The notes under the pieces were generated by a model. It worked only from the letters and a program-made list of their open reading frames with translations. It was not told the origin of the DNA and did not search any database. The translations under genes and the position numbers were made by a program. Positions 12,862-26,469 of a DNA stretch of 64,000 bases are shown here, piece after piece. Location: NCBI GenBank assembly GCA_009103225.1, contig RHPI01002090.1, positions 1,039,932-1,103,931 of the forward strand, written 5' to 3'. The DNA is from Chlorokybus atmophyticus. Lineage: Eukaryota; Plantae; Mesostigma and Chlorokybus algae. The stretch's first letter is position 1; every line of letters begins with the position of its first letter.

Positions 12862-13982
12862 ATGTCAGTCCAATGATGGTATCGAGGCATGGGCTGCAGG
12901 TACACTGCGCGTAGTAGCTGTCGCCGCATGTCGTGGGTGATGGTGGGGACTCGCAAGATCCCTGCCATTTAGGCATCCCACCTTCCTTGTACCACAACCA
13001 AATCGAGCACAGTTATGGTGCGTGCACGTATGGTGCGCTAGAGGTCAGTCTGCTGTGCGTGTAGCTCAGGAGCAATGGTAATGCGCCGTCGTTGCCATGC
13101 TGCTTCTACCCCTGGCAGCCGCAGCATTGCCTCTTGCACTCCCTCCAACGTGTCCGGAGCCGTGGTGGCAGCCTCGTCGTATGCTTGTCGTAGCGAGCGA
13201 ATGAATGCCCCCAACCATGATGCTCTGTTGCTGAAGGCAAACATGGGGACGGCAGGGTGATTCGCGACGAGCCATGTCACGATACGTGCTCGGGTGGCGC
13301 TGCCGTCTCGCATCCCCATCATCTGTTTTGACGCACTACCCTCAGGCCTGTGCAACATAACTGCTTGTCGCATGAGTGCGGTATGGAGTTGTTGCTCTCC
13401 AACCATACCAGCTCCTCGTCATGTTGTGTGATGTCCCCTTGTGGGGTGAGGTACCCTCGCCCTGAATCGCATTGCTCATCGGGCATGTCTTCCACCAAAG
13501 GAGGCAGCAGCGGGGCGATTACCCCCCTCAATTGTTGCGCCAACGCCCTCGCTTGATCTGCAATAACTGCTTGTTCTGGCGGAGCGACTACAGGTGATGT
13601 GGGCTGCACCACGGTTAGTGTAGTGGAGGTGCTGGCGACATCCGCCGGCGCCGCGATCGGCACCGAAACGGCGTGTGCTGCCTCGCACGCTTGACGGCGC
13701 GTGTCAATTTGTGCTGCTTGGTGGTGGTGGCCACTCGATAGCAATGTGCTTGATCGAGGGCAAAAAAACGCTCCTGCCGGCTTCCCTGAGTGAGCCCTCG
13801 AAGTGCGGGATCAGTGCCTAACGGCATGGCCGGTCCAGCGGTGAGGGCTCGAAGCCAATTTGTTGCGCGGGCATTGGCTGTCGCGACTGGCTGGGTGCGC
13901 CCTGCAGCCTTGCGTGCAACGCCAAGAACAGCTGTATGGCCAGCTCCAACACAGCAAGTCGCCGATAGGTGACCCCAAAGAG

Positions 13983-14272
<290 letters not shown>

Positions 14273-14673
14273 GAGGTGGTAGGGGCAAGATGCGATCATT
14301 GCGTGCTACGCGTGTGGTGCGCTGCCCCCTCCGGTCCATATGCAATGATGATGGACTCGATGTTGCGCAGAACGGACGCCAAAGCGCGGTCTGCTTGCGG
14401 GCCGCGTGGCATTTGGTGAGTGACAACAAGTGCTGATGGCGGTGCTGCTCGAACCCCAGGTGGTGTTGCCGTGGGTGCGGCAGCATCATTTGCAGTGATG
14501 GTTGTGGCACCGCAGCAATTGTTGTCACCTAGGTGGCAGCAGTGAGGGTGGCGGCAGTCGTGGCTGATGCCGTGGCTTTAATGGAGGCATGAGTGGTGGC
14601 TTCACCACCAACGAACCCGCCGACCATGGCTGCCGCGGCGTCGGTGCTTTCCATCACCGGAGATAGCATGGTG

Positions 14674-16638
14674 CTAGAGGTGCTTGCACCTGCTGTCGTG
14701 GTTGGTGTGGATGCTGATGGTGTCGTCGATGGCGTCGTCCCAACAGTGGTTGTGGCCGAGGCAGCACCACTGATGGCTTTCAACGATGCTGCTGTTGATG
14801 ATGCGCCAGCTTCTTTGCGCGCACGTCTTGTTGGTTGCACACGCGATGGCGTGGGAGTGTCCCTGTCCCGTTTTGGTGCCATCAGAGCCCAGCGGGCGAA
14901 GTAGCAGCTTGATAATCCTGCTCCTTGTTCTCTTCCTGTCGTGCCACGCAAGCCATAAGGGATGCCACTTGGTTGACGGCTGATGGAGGAGCTGATGCTT
15001 TAACAGCCGCCACTCAGCACGAGGACGTCCTCTATTGCGCTGTGGAGGGCGGTTTTTTCCTCTGTAGCCCGGCTCCTCTCTGCGGTTGCCAGTATTGGGG
15101 TGGTTGCCACCAGCGTTGTTGCCATTGTTGTGGCCGCCAGCGTTGTTGCTGTTGTTGTGGCCACCAGCATTGTTGCTGTTTTTGTAGCCGCCAGCGTTGT
15201 GGTAGCCCCCGTTATTGTTGTTGTTGTTGCCGCGGTAGCCACCAGCGCTGCTGCTGTTGTTGTAGACAATAGAGGGCTGCAGCTCGGAAAACTTGAGCCA
15301 GCATACTGCCTCCAAGTGTCCCGTCTTGTGGCAATAGTCGCACCCAAGGTTGCCGTAATCTTCGGTGCTCTCCTTTTTATAGTGGCCATGCCGACCACAC
15401 CGATGGCAGCACTAGAGCAACAAGGGCAGCATGAGCTGACCAGTTATCCTTGTTGTGGACTCCTTGAGTTCTTTGGCTGCGGTCTCGCCGAGGGGGCTCT
15501 GCACTTGTGCCTGTCATAGGCCGTGAAGCACTGCGGTTAGTGTCAAGCACTGGTTTCTCATACACCGCGCGCTTGTGGATGGCTTGTGCAGTCTCGAAAG
15601 CTTCCTTGAGGGTGTAGCCAAGGGGCTTGCTATAGTTCAGCGTGAGGCGCGTTGAGTCGCTCGAGTGGGATCTAACTCGGTCACATACACCACTGCTACC
15701 GCCTCCTCACTGACGATCTTGTAGTCAGTGTCTTTAAGCAACCCTTCCAACCGCGAATACAACCGAAGAGGGTTCGTTGAGCTTCCATTGAAAGCGCCTC
15801 AACTCCTCCAAAGGAGAGTCCGACATGACAGTGCCCACCGTAAGCGTGGGTGCACGCTATGCCACTGATGCAAGGGTGAAGACACTGCCTCCTGCTGGAG
15901 CACGCGAGCCCAGTGTTGGTAGCAGGGGAGTAGCCATTTTCAACGCTGCAGCTTGCTGCTCCTCTTGTTGCTCCTGGATGATGGCAGCGGTGCGGTGGAG
16001 TATCTTAATCCGGCGATCAGCCTTCTTGGCCTCGATCCCTGCAGGAGTTAAAAAAGCCACTACCACCTCAACTTCTTCATTTTCTGCCTTCTCCATGCTG
16101 CGGCTAGGGTGAGACTAGTAAATAAGGCTGGTGGGGCCGCTGCTACAGACACAGCAACTGATGGGCTATGCAGTGATGTGGAGGCTATAGTACTAGCCAG
16201 CTCGCCGTAGCCGTCAATCTTGTGCAACTCATCAACGGACTTCCACACATCATGTGCTCTGTGATCAAGGTATTGAGTGGACACATGAAACGACACCTCA
16301 TCTGTCCAGTCTTTGCTCTTGAGGGCTTGCTGCCGTATTATGGAATGGAACTTGATGATGAACTCATCAAGTGAGGTGGTGCCAAGGGCGTCCGGAGAAG
16401 CGCAGGGAGTTGGTTGAGCTGAAAGGCTCCATCTCGTCGTCGTCACTGTCCGACGGAGGTGGAGATGCTCGCTGACGAGGAGTGGAGTGAACGGAGGTGA
16501 AGCCGGAGACGGTGCGTGAGCCTCTGCTGCTACGGTTACTGCTCCCTTCACTTGCGCGCTCGTAGGTAAGGTTGGAGGTTGGGCTCCTGCTGTTGAGGTT
16601 TCCTTATCTATTGGCGAGAAAGGGGTGGGCCTGCTCAT
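14674..16638 (-). pseudogene. Decayed gag-like region of the PHD-Gypsy element, followed by Asn/Gly-rich low-complexity sequence
   Basis: LDEFIIKFHSII..WTDEVSFHVSTQYLDHRAHDVW (gag-like N-part); GYTLKEAFETAQAI (gag P.TL.EA-type motif). Lies just downstream of LTR 17016-17456 on the minus strand. Confidence 0.5.
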
Positions 16639-17015
16639 ACAGCTGATGCAATGGCGAAGGTGTATAAAGGGTAGAGTGTTTGTATTCTACAACAATATCT
16701 CTAATGCTGCTATCACCCAACACACTAGTGCTTGTGCGCACTATGCGATGGCGGTGACAACAATGCACTGAGATGTATACAACTGCAAGCTGTACTTCTG
16801 ATGTACAGAATGCAACCACACTCACTTGAGCAAAGTGGGTGATACTGTGAGTCAACAAGCCACTACTATAGGTAGTGCTGTTAACACAGTTCTTTGCATG
16901 AGTGGAAAATGTGTCAAGCTGTTAAGTGAGGTGAATGAGCAAGCAACACGTGGATGCTATGCCCTAACTGATGCCAACACGCACACCGCAACCAGGCACA
17001 CCAAGCTCACAGCAA

Positions 17016-17456
17016 TGACAAGCGCGGTGCACACGAGCATGCACAAGCTCTCACACGGTGAGGGGTTTCTTGATAATAGGGACGGCGTGTTCGTAGTTCA
17101 AGTCGCTTCACAAGCTCTTAACTTTCTCACTCACAGTGTCACCAGCTAATCCGGTAAACACCGTGACTACTTATACAAGTCAAATCATGACTGTTTAGAT
17201 CATAAGCTACGGTCATATCATATCGAGGCTATTTTCACAGAAATCCCCACTTGTTATAGAACTCAACTTATAATTGAACTCACAACTGAACAGCTACCCG
17301 CGGTGCCTATGTAGGCTATGGTCATGAGCTAATCTAGAGTCATGACCTGGCTACTGTTCAGTGACACGCGCGGGTTGGTATGCCGGTAGGCCGGGCAAGG
17401 GTTTCAATGTAGGCATGCCCGATGAAGGCTTGTATGCGCGGACAATAGGCATAACA
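17016..17456 (-). repeat. LTR, probable 5' LTR of the PHD-Gypsy element
   Basis: Direct-repeat partner of 2162-2582. On the minus strand it is followed by TT-GCTGTGAGC, at best a degenerate PBS. Confidence 0.8.
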
Positions 17457-18233
17457 CATTGCAAGTGGCCATTCTTCGATGTGTATTAGCATAAGCTTTT
17501 AGCCTGTCCTGTGCTTATGGCAAACATAGCTTGGCTTGAGCCAAATGTTCCTGCATAGCAAAGGCAAATTTTGTTGCCGCTGTTACAGTAAGGGCACTGC
17601 AAAGTATGCGCAATGACGCCGGTGTGTTCGGGAATCTTATAATACAAGAAGCATGGGGTTTCCTTTACACTTTCTTTCCATGCATTGTTTATGGCGAACA
17701 CTGCCACTGGCAAGTACTTGTCCCAATAAAAATGATCAGGAGCCGTATAGAGGCGAAGCATTTTTTTATATTATATTCGGTTTGAATGCTCGGTTTGGCC
17801 GTCTATTTGTGGGTGAAAAGCATTCGAAATGCTTTATTTTACCCCCAACAATTGACAGACTTCTTTTTAAAATTGGAGAGATGAATTAAGAATCTTATCC
17901 CGTGATGAGTTCACAAGGCACATCGTGAACTCTAAATCGCTGATACAAATATTTGTGCCAAGTCCCGTGCACTCACAGTTGTGCAACACGGGGTAAAATG
18001 CACCATTTTGGTCAAATGGTCGTTAAAAACCACAACAGCACTGTATTTGGCTGCAGTGTTAGTTAGGTCAACAATTAGATTCATTAAATCTGAACTGACA
18101 CTATTCCAATACAATTTTGAGATTGCCGGCATCTTAAGCAATCCAGCTTGTTTTTATCGTAATGGCTAATTATGTTGACACACATCACATGTGCGAACGT
18201 ACTGATCCACATCGGTTGATATCAATGGCCACC
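17457..18233 (-). pseudogene. Integrase core fragment of chromovirus family 2 copy B (continuation of 44334)
   Basis: DLTNTAAKYSAVVVFNDHLTKMVHFTPCCTTVSARDLAQIF is near-identical to copy A at 37788-38225. It rejoins 44334 at the YWWP codons once the TRIM is removed. Confidence 0.88.
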
Positions 18234-18915
18234 TGTCACAGCCCACTTGATCAGAAAAGACTTGGTGCTTTTATTATCGATTTGTGGTCTCTTAAGGTAC
18301 CTTCCCGTTACATTCCTCCCCACTTAAGAACGCTGACGTCCTTGGCAGCTGCCCATGCTTGGCTGGGGAATCATCCCAGGGGTTTGTTAGGGTCGGTCAC
18401 CGGCCCCACTACCAAGGACCGGCCAATATAGGCCCATACCGGTCAATGCGCGCAAAGCGCTGCCGGCCCCACAGGTCGCATCGCGACATGCAGGTCGCGT
18501 CCTGCCGCGCGACTGAACGTCGGCGCGACTGCCGTTAGACAAATCGCAATCCATCGACGATGGCACTTATGAAGTGACCATTTAAGATGTTACTAAAGCG
18601 CCGCTGCCGGCCCCACAGGTCGCATCGCGACATGTATGCAGGTCGCGTCCTGTCGCGCGACTGACCGTTGGCGCGACTGCCATTAGGCAAGTCGCGACTC
18701 ATCAATGATGGCACTTAGGGTCGTTTCGCACCGGGAGTTAGCGACCGGAGTTAGTCTGAGTCGCCCAAACTCCGGAGTAGCTGCCCTGCTGTTGCTAAAC
18801 CATCAAAGTTGATGGTTTAGCAACAGCAGGGCAGCTCGGGGTTAGCTGAGTCCCGCCAAATTCATGGCGGGAATAAGTTACATTTTCGCAAATTAACAGC
18901 CGCTTTGCAGTGCTC

Positions 18916-18946
<31 letters not shown>

Positions 18947-19125
18947 AGGAGGTGGCGGCGGCGGCGCTAGTGCTAGTCATCTCCCTCTTGCCTTGTAGTA
19001 CAAATTTGCAACATTCTCGCTTGCTGCAAGCAGGCACAACACTAGTGTGAATGATGTTTGTGAGAAGGCGCCACTCAGCGCAGGTCATTGTGTGCCATGT
19101 TGTTGACGTGGTTATGCTGCACAGC

Positions 19126-21188
19126 ATGGATGACTACGTGCCCTCCGACCAGGGAGGCCCTTATCCGCCCCTAAGTGAGTTCTATGCTCACGCTAATCAA
19201 GGTAACTTGTGCATTGCCTACATGTTGATGTTGTGCAGTCCGTTGCCCTCCTTGTTGACAATGTCGCAACTGTTGCTCTAATCGGCTAGTTCACTTTGCA
19301 TGTGTGCAGGGCAATATGATAGCCAGGGTAGCGGCTATCAGCAACAACAACCTCAATCACATCAGCAACAACAACCTCAACAATCATTCGACAATCAAGG
19401 TATTTGCTGCATCTATTACCGTTTGCTTTGCATGTTGACAATGTTGCTCTTGTTGACTAGATGTATGTGCATGAGCAAGGCATTATGACAGTCAGGGTGC
19501 TGACGATCAGCAACAACCACATCAGCGGCAACAACCTCAACACGCATGGGGCAATCTAGGTGGAAGATGCAACTATTGGCGTTTGTTTTGCTTGTTGACA
19601 GTTTGCGTAAATTGCAATTGTTCTACTGGTTGACCGTGTCGCACACGTTGCATGGTTGCTGGTCGTTCACCATGTACATGCCTGCAGGGCATTATGATAG
19701 CTAGGGAAGCGGCTATCAACAACCATAACAACAGCAAACTCAACATGCATTTGTTTATCAAGGTAGATGCATCTAAGGCCTTGTGGTATGCTTGGCCATG
19801 TTGCATCTGTCGTGTCCTGCTTGTTGACCATGCATGTCTCGGCAGAACATTTTGATAGCCACGGGAGTGGCTGTCAGCACCCACCGTATCAGCAGCAACA
19901 ACCACAACATAAGCAACCAGAGCTACCTGTTGACAAAGTGCCTGCACGACAACTCGCAGCATGGCTTCACAACAGCCAGCATCAGCTCAACTTCGAAGGC
20001 ACCTGCGCCCTACTGTCACCCTTCGTTGCCCCCCCCAAAATGCTGGCAGAAAATGGTGAGTGTAGTATATGTGTTGAGTGATTGTGCCGACTGTGCCGCA
20101 CTGCTGCTCATGCTTGCTGTGCTATAGTTATTAAGGAAAAAAGGCGTCAATGTGAGGCAGGCTAGAAGGCCAAGCGTGGCAAGGTTGGTGATGCTGAGCC
20201 AACGCGAGCTTGAGATCCGGAGTGGAGTGTTGAGGAGACCATGTGTCTGATTGATGCATGGAATGCCATGGATGCCAGACCTTGGAGGGAGGCATCTATT
20301 AACAAACTAAGTCGCAGCCCCAAAAGTGGACAGAGGTGTATGCCATGTGCGGTGAACAAGACATGGACTGGACGCGGACCCTACTACAATGCAAGAATAG
20401 GTGCGTGCTTGTGTGTGCATGTAACTTGGGCAACACGTGCACACGCACGAACACACATGCACACACACAACTTGCACATGCACACACACGCATACACACA
20501 CACACACTTGCACTTACATGCGCACACATGCACACATACACACATCTGATCAAATGCTGGTAACTCAACGCAGTTGCACACGCACGCACGCACACACACA
20601 CAGTCACGCATACACACACATCTGATCAGATGCTGGTCACTCAACAGGTGGAAGGCAGTCAAGGCTCAGTTCAAGGAGGTGAGCGACTTTATTTCCTCTA
20701 GTGGGAACAAATATTACTTTAGGATGACAGTTGAGGTGAAGAAGCAGGCCAACATGAAACCACAATTGCTCCTCAACTCTTCAGCCTTGTATGACGCCTC
20801 GTGGAATGGGCGTAGGAACTCACACACAGGAGATCCCACGCAACATGTATGGGACTCTTCAAGCCCCGAACCAGATGCAGGTGCGCATGATGTGCGCGAT
20901 AAAGTTGTGTTGCATGAATGATGTGTGTGCAATGACTCGGACAAAATGCCAGCACCAGAGAAGTCAAGCGGACGCAGGCGTAAAGGTTTAATGGCCAGCG
21001 ATGCGGTGGTGGCAGCATTCAATCAGAACACTACCATGTTGATGGACCTGGAACGCGAGCGAATGCGGGCTCAACGAACCATGTTCAAAGAGGAGATGGA
21101 GTTCACACAAGAACTTGCAAAAGATGCTAACGCAAGCATAGAGAGGTCTATTGGAGCGCTAGCGGCAGCCATGCGCCCCCCTACTTAG
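19126..21188 (+). pseudogene. Harbinger Myb/SANT-like (trihelix-type) DNA-binding accessory gene, multi-exon with a Gln-rich N-terminus
   Basis: PEWSVEETMCLIDAWNAMDA..., LLQCKNR, RWKAVKAQFKEVSDF..YFRMTVEVKKQANM, and a coiled-coil C-terminus. GT-AG introns; stops present. Exon boundaries are approximate. Confidence 0.7.
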
Positions 21189-21192
21189 GTTG

Positions 21193-21584
21193 TCAAACAT
21201 CAAACAATTGAGCTAGCCTATTTCTGATGTCATGTGCATCTAGCTGATCATCTACTTTCATGTATGAGTCATCCTCCTCTTCTACAGTAACATCAACCTC
21301 AGGCATTTCTTCCTTACAATCTAGCAAAAAGTTGTGCAATACCACACACGCCACAACCATCGTGGAAACATGTTGTAAGTCATTGGTGATCTCCCTCGCA
21401 AGTGGCGTCCATTCCTTTTTAAGCACCCCGAATGCGTGCTCGACACACATACGTGCAGAGCTATGCTTGAAGTTGAATACGTGCTTGAACTCTGGCATGG
21501 CATGGTTGCCTCGCACACCGGGATATGGTGCAACAATGTGCTCGGAATTGGGATAGCCAGCATCACCTGCACGCACGCAAATGT

Positions 21585-21617
<33 letters not shown>

Positions 21618-22324
21618 TGAGATTGAAGTGCACAATTGCATCACAACCTATATAGCGCACGTGTTATTCGTATAAGCTTACCCAACAAGTATGGCTTGAT
21701 TGTGTCTCCCATTAGTAACTCCACTAGCGGTGCTTGCAGCAGCTCCCCACGTTGTTCTCGTGCATAAAACCCAGAGTCACGCCAGATGCGTGTGTCATGC
21801 ACACTACATGGGAAGCCCACATTGATGTCCAAGAAGCGAACATCATGATCCATAATGGCCTGCGGTCGCAAGGATGCCAATGAATGCAAGCCGATACATA
21901 CATCATCAACATATACTGCACATTCACAGGCATTGTTACCTGCATGACAATATTATAAAACCCCTTCCGACTCAAGTAATCAGCAGGTCGCGCAATCTTT
22001 GGCTTGATGATGCGCACATGCGTGCAATCAGTCAATTGCTTCAGCACAGCTAATAAACCCACTCTCACTTTCAAACTTCACCATTACACGCCGCAGCTTA
22101 TGGTCTGTGGGAAAGTACGCATGGTGGCTCGCTACCTTTCTTAGTTGTGTCACAAATGCAATAACTATCTCGTGCACTGTGCTAACGCCCATTCCAAATA
22201 ACTCTGAAACAGTCACATACTTTGCCCCATGAGCCAACATGTACACTGCTATGCCAACGCACTTGCGCAATAGTATTGCAAGCCTAGCATTGGTATCTAC
22301 AGCAGCAATACTACTGATCAACTC
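21193..22324 (-). pseudogene. Harbinger DDE transposase, 3' portion
   Basis: AIDCTHVRIIKP..DYLSRKGFYNIVMQ; DVRFLDINVGFPCSVHDTRIW; GDAGYP; FNFKHSSARMCVEHAFGVLKKEW; VVACVVLHNF. Contains introns. Confidence 0.92.
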
Positions 22325-22851
22325 TATAACAGCACCACCGTCGCCGGTGATGCCCCTTCAATCCTCTACCCCAACACCCACACCGCCTATGACAAGCCTT
22401 TAAACGGCGTGGCCGCCACTGAGCAGAGACCTGAAAAGTCCCCACATCAGATTGATGTGACCTTTTATATCAAGAGTATGTCAACTATATACCTCTCGAT
22501 AATTAACTCACAACTAGACATCGACCCTACAGATAGGGTAGTTAGGAAATCTAGCGTGAGCCAATCACAGCTCAGATAAGGTACCTATCGATAAGGTACC
22601 TATCTAAAGATACCTATCGTAAGGTACCTAACGAGATAGTGATCGCATTATATCAAATGTGACACTAAATAGGCTTGAATAAGCGGTTCTACACCCATTG
22701 GGACTTATTTAAGCTATGATAAAGCATCATAGCCTTTAATAAGCGAGGAACCGTAGAAAAGAGGTATAAATAAGCATATTTAAATACTTATTCATACAAA
22801 ATGTGTTATTTAGGTAGCAATAATACCCCTATTATTATTGCTCCCGTTACA
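22325..22851 (-). repeat. Family 2 copy A 3' LTR
   Basis: Preceded on the minus strand by AAGTGGGGGGGAA; matches 42784-43304. Confidence 0.95.
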
Positions 22852-22862
22852 TTCCCCCCCAC

Positions 22863-23333
22863 TTAGGTTTTCAACGTCCTCGTTGAACTCAAGTTAATCA
22901 GGCTTGATTTCGAGTAATTGTAACCAGTGAGATAGCAGGAAATGACAGGGTGGTAATGAAACTGCATTGCCAGTCTGTTATAAAACCAAGCCCACAGTTT
23001 ATGGGACATGAATCCCAAAGCTCGAAGCAACTCGCGGCAGTGCGTAAGATGCCTGTCGGGCTCCCAACTGTTATGTTCCGGGCCATACCCTTTCCATTTC
23101 ACCAAATAGCGAGTTGCGCGTCCTCGACTATTTAGCTTATGGTTCAATATAGCTTCCACCTCATATTCGAGCTCGCTGTCCACCTCAACTGGCGGTGGTG
23201 GAGGCTGTGTTCTACCGTCTGAGCGGTAAGGTTTCAACAAGTTAACATGGAACACGTTGTGTATACGCACACTTGGGGGCAATTGCAGTCGATAAGCGGG
23301 CGTACCAACTCTATCAGTGATAGAGAATGGACC
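22863..23333 (-). pseudogene. Copy A integrase C-terminus and chromodomain
   Basis: GPFSITDRVGTPAYRLQLPPSVRIHNVFHVNLLKPY; EYEVEAILNH..YLVKWKGYGPEHNSWEP. It continues ...KLLPRW at 37394. Confidence 0.92.
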
Positions 23334-23525
23334 TTACCCGTCGCAATATGTTTTCCCTGCCGGCCGACTAAATATTGGCAACGGCCGTGCACCTGAGGAC
23401 GCTAATTTAGACTGTCGTGGCTCAGGCCACCTGTAATCTTGATACAGGGACCTAATAGTAACTTTCATTACTGTAAGGCCCTTTTTGTTACAATTTAGTC
23501 TTTAACAGTTGACTTTGCCTAACTA

Positions 23526-23800
23526 ACAGGCGCCTGTTAGTTACCTATCAGGCCTTAACAGGTGACTTTATAGAATGAACAGGCACCTGTTAGTCACACA
23601 TCAGGCCTTAACAAATGACTTTGTGTAATTTACAGGCAACTGTTAGTTACACATCAGGCCTTATTAGGTGACTACAACTAATCAACGGGCACCTGTAAGT
23701 TACACATCAGTCTTACCTAGGTGACTCAGCCTATGTGACAGGCACCTGCAAGTTACACACCAGTCCAGCGCAGGCGACTAAGCCTAATTCACAAGCACCA
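23526..23800. repeat. Subterminal tandem array, 53-bp unit x5 plus a partial sixth
   Basis: Units begin acaggc(a/g)cctgt at 23526, 23579, 23632, 23685, 23738 and 23791. Confidence 0.9.
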
Positions 23801-24158
23801 ACTAGGTAATTATCGACAAAATAAGGCATTCTTTAACAACTGAAGGTGACCAATGCCTAACTGTCGTCATATGTATTTGCATAGCTTGACTACACGCGAC
23901 TGTCACTGACTTCCAGCATTGTTATGTGCCTGTGCTGTGTACATGTACCTGAAATGTGTACAGTGTCTCTCAGTCACTTGCCAAGGCTTGTAGTTCGATT
24001 ATGTGACTCGAATGCAGTTCTGTTGTATATCATAGGGATGTACAATTGATGTGCATGAGCATAATGACGATTGACTGAGCTGGTTCAAGATGCACAACAC
24101 TCAGTCACAAGAGCCTTGTAGCTATGTACACTACCAGCTAAACGGACTACCAACTGCG

Positions 24159-25986
24159 CTACAGCTCCTCTCCATCATCGCTGGTCTCGTCATTACGGAA
24201 CAAAGCACCACGCGCTGGGGCCTGTGGAGGAGACGCCGGAGCTTGCTCTTCCTCCTCAAACGGTTGTGCCAGCCAATCAAATGCCGCTTCTGCCTCAGCG
24301 AGCGGGTCACGAGCTGCTGTCTCTTGCGGCCGGCGCCGATTGGGATCTTTCAGGTATTCGACACAAGATGCAGTGCGGCGTTTCACAAGGGTGAATGGCT
24401 GGAGGGCTGCGTACCGTTGCCTCATCTCCCGCTTCATTGACATGATCATGGTGTTGATTTCGCTGAGGTACTCTTCATGTGTGTCTATGCTGGCAGCTAG
24501 GAGAGGGTCTCCATCCTTGCCCTTTAGGATGCGCTCCACCTGCGTAGTTTACAGGCATGTCTTAGTGGCATCGAAAGCCACTATTCACTGCAACGCGTCT
24601 GCAAGCCTGTAGTTTGGGGCTACAGCGTTCCTGAATCGCTAATGATGGAGTTCAGAGTGCTCACCGTAAGCAACAGGTATGCGAGGTGGTTGACTGTCAG
24701 CTGCCGGCGACCAGGTGTAGTGACGGCGTAAGACCAGCATTGCACGATCATTTGCCAGATTATGGGATTGCCCCATTCATGGATGTATCTCCTCCGCTCC
24801 GGGTCTGCAGTGTCGGTCACCTCAAATCTCCGCCATGACTTGTCTGCGACAGTCATACCGACAAGGCATTAGTCACGAAATAGATAGTTCAAGTTGAGCC
24901 TGCACCAGGCTAGAATAGTGCCTGTGACTTACTTTGGAGCGCGTTGCGCATCTGGGCTTTTTGGGTCTCGGGGTCCATTAGGGCGTCGATGTGCCTGATT
25001 GAATCGGTTACAATAGGCGAGATGAGTACGTGTGTATGGAGGCTGAGTAAGAAGGCAGTGTTGCATAGCAGACATGGTGGTGAGGGACCCAACTCACTTG
25101 CGCTTGTTGCTGTTAAACAGTGTCCACTTGTACTCCTTCTCAAGGACATGCTTGATCTTGGTGACGTTCTCAGACCGGACCTGCGTAGCTTTCTTCAGGG
25201 CGACACTCCAGTGGAAGGGGCACTCCTTGGGAGTCCAGTACACCTCATAGAACTTGGCCGCATCGGCCTCGTCGTCATGGTCGAAGCCAACTACCTGTCA
25301 CGGGCAGGTTGGTCAGTGTCACGGTGCAGTGCGGTCATGAAGCATTCACAGCACCTGACACATGACGTTACGAATAGTGTCCTCCTTGGGATAAACGTGG
25401 CTCTCTACCCAGTGGCCGTTTATGATTTCAACGACGGCATCTCGCAAATGCTGTCCACAGAAGAACAATCCGTTACACACATACACACAGTGTCACAGTG
25501 TCACACAGTGCTTACCTCGTTGCCAATCTTCCACTTGCTTGGGGAAGGGTTGCTGACGGCCGAGGTTGCCACGTCACGGCCAAATGCGTTTGGGTTGGGG
25601 GTTCCAATCGACCCTCTGCAAGCACAACCACATGAGTCATGCTGCCAGCCATGAAAGATGCAACCCTCACAGTTGCAAAAGAAGAACAACGTGCACAGTG
25701 TATCCAGAACGCATGCAGTGAGTCACTGTGCTAGTCATGATAGAAGCAAGCATCCAAGTTAGAAGTTGAGCAAGAAGCAACGTGCACAGTGCATCAAGAA
25801 CGCATGCAGTCTAGCTTGCCCTTGCGACTGCGGTGTCAGGTGGAGTTGTTGTGATGTGCTGGGCGTTAGCGCGGGGTCTTGCTGCGATTGGTTGGCGACG
25901 GTTGCCTGGTTGAACACTGGGGGCAATGTGGACAACTGGCGCCGACCTTCACGACGAGGTGCACTTACGGATGGACCACGAGGCAT
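24159..25986 (-). CDS. Multi-exon hypothetical protein (cargo gene 1), function unknown
   Basis: Chain of open exons with GT-AG boundaries: ...SKWKIGNE / HLRDAVVEIINGHWVESHVYP / VVGFDHDDEADAAKFYEVYW / HIDALMDPE / DKSWRRFEV..WGNPIIWQ / VERILKG...EL*. The start is uncertain. Confidence 0.6.
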
Positions 25987-26168
25987 CTCTCCACTTGATA
26001 GTCGGGTGCCGCCTGTTTAGCTGTAAGTGGCGCTGCCGCCTCCAACGCTGCCGCCGCCGGTTGGCCCGCCCGAATGTATGAGGCGCGAAAACGAAAATGA
26101 GGCGGTTTTGAACGTCTAGAGTCCCGCACGAGAGTCGCACTTGTAGTGCGTCCTTGCTCCTATGGTTG

Positions 26169-26319
26169 ATGGTACGACTTATGCATTCGTGCCATGCATG
26201 CTTCGTACAACCATTGTTACCAATGGTTGTGTCGTAACATTTATGGTACGACAGAGGCATCTCTCGTCCAACCCCAGCGATTGCCGTACAATGGCTCTGT
26301 CGTACCATCCATGGTACGA
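26169..26319. promoter_or_regulatory. Cluster of four ATGGTACGA motifs in a divergent intergenic gap
   Basis: Copies at 26169, 26243, 26300 (reverse) and 26311. Confidence 0.45.
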
Positions 26320-26469
26320 CGGAGGCATTGCTCGATTAGCCCAAATGGGAGTTAGCATGCACTCACCCAAACACGCTTCATTGATGGCCGGATGATGGCA
26401 CGCAGGGGCACCAGGTCGATGACGGGTTGAATGTCAGGCTCGATGGGCCTGGGTTCGACTATCTTATCA

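Noticed and set aside
12862-13982. Minus-strand ORF fragments between family 1 and the poly-C tract
   Set aside because: Probably internal to the PHD-Gypsy, but no protease or RT motif is recognisable.
23526-23800. Possible CRISPR array
   Set aside because: These are contiguous tandem units with no unique spacers, in a eukaryotic context with no cas genes.
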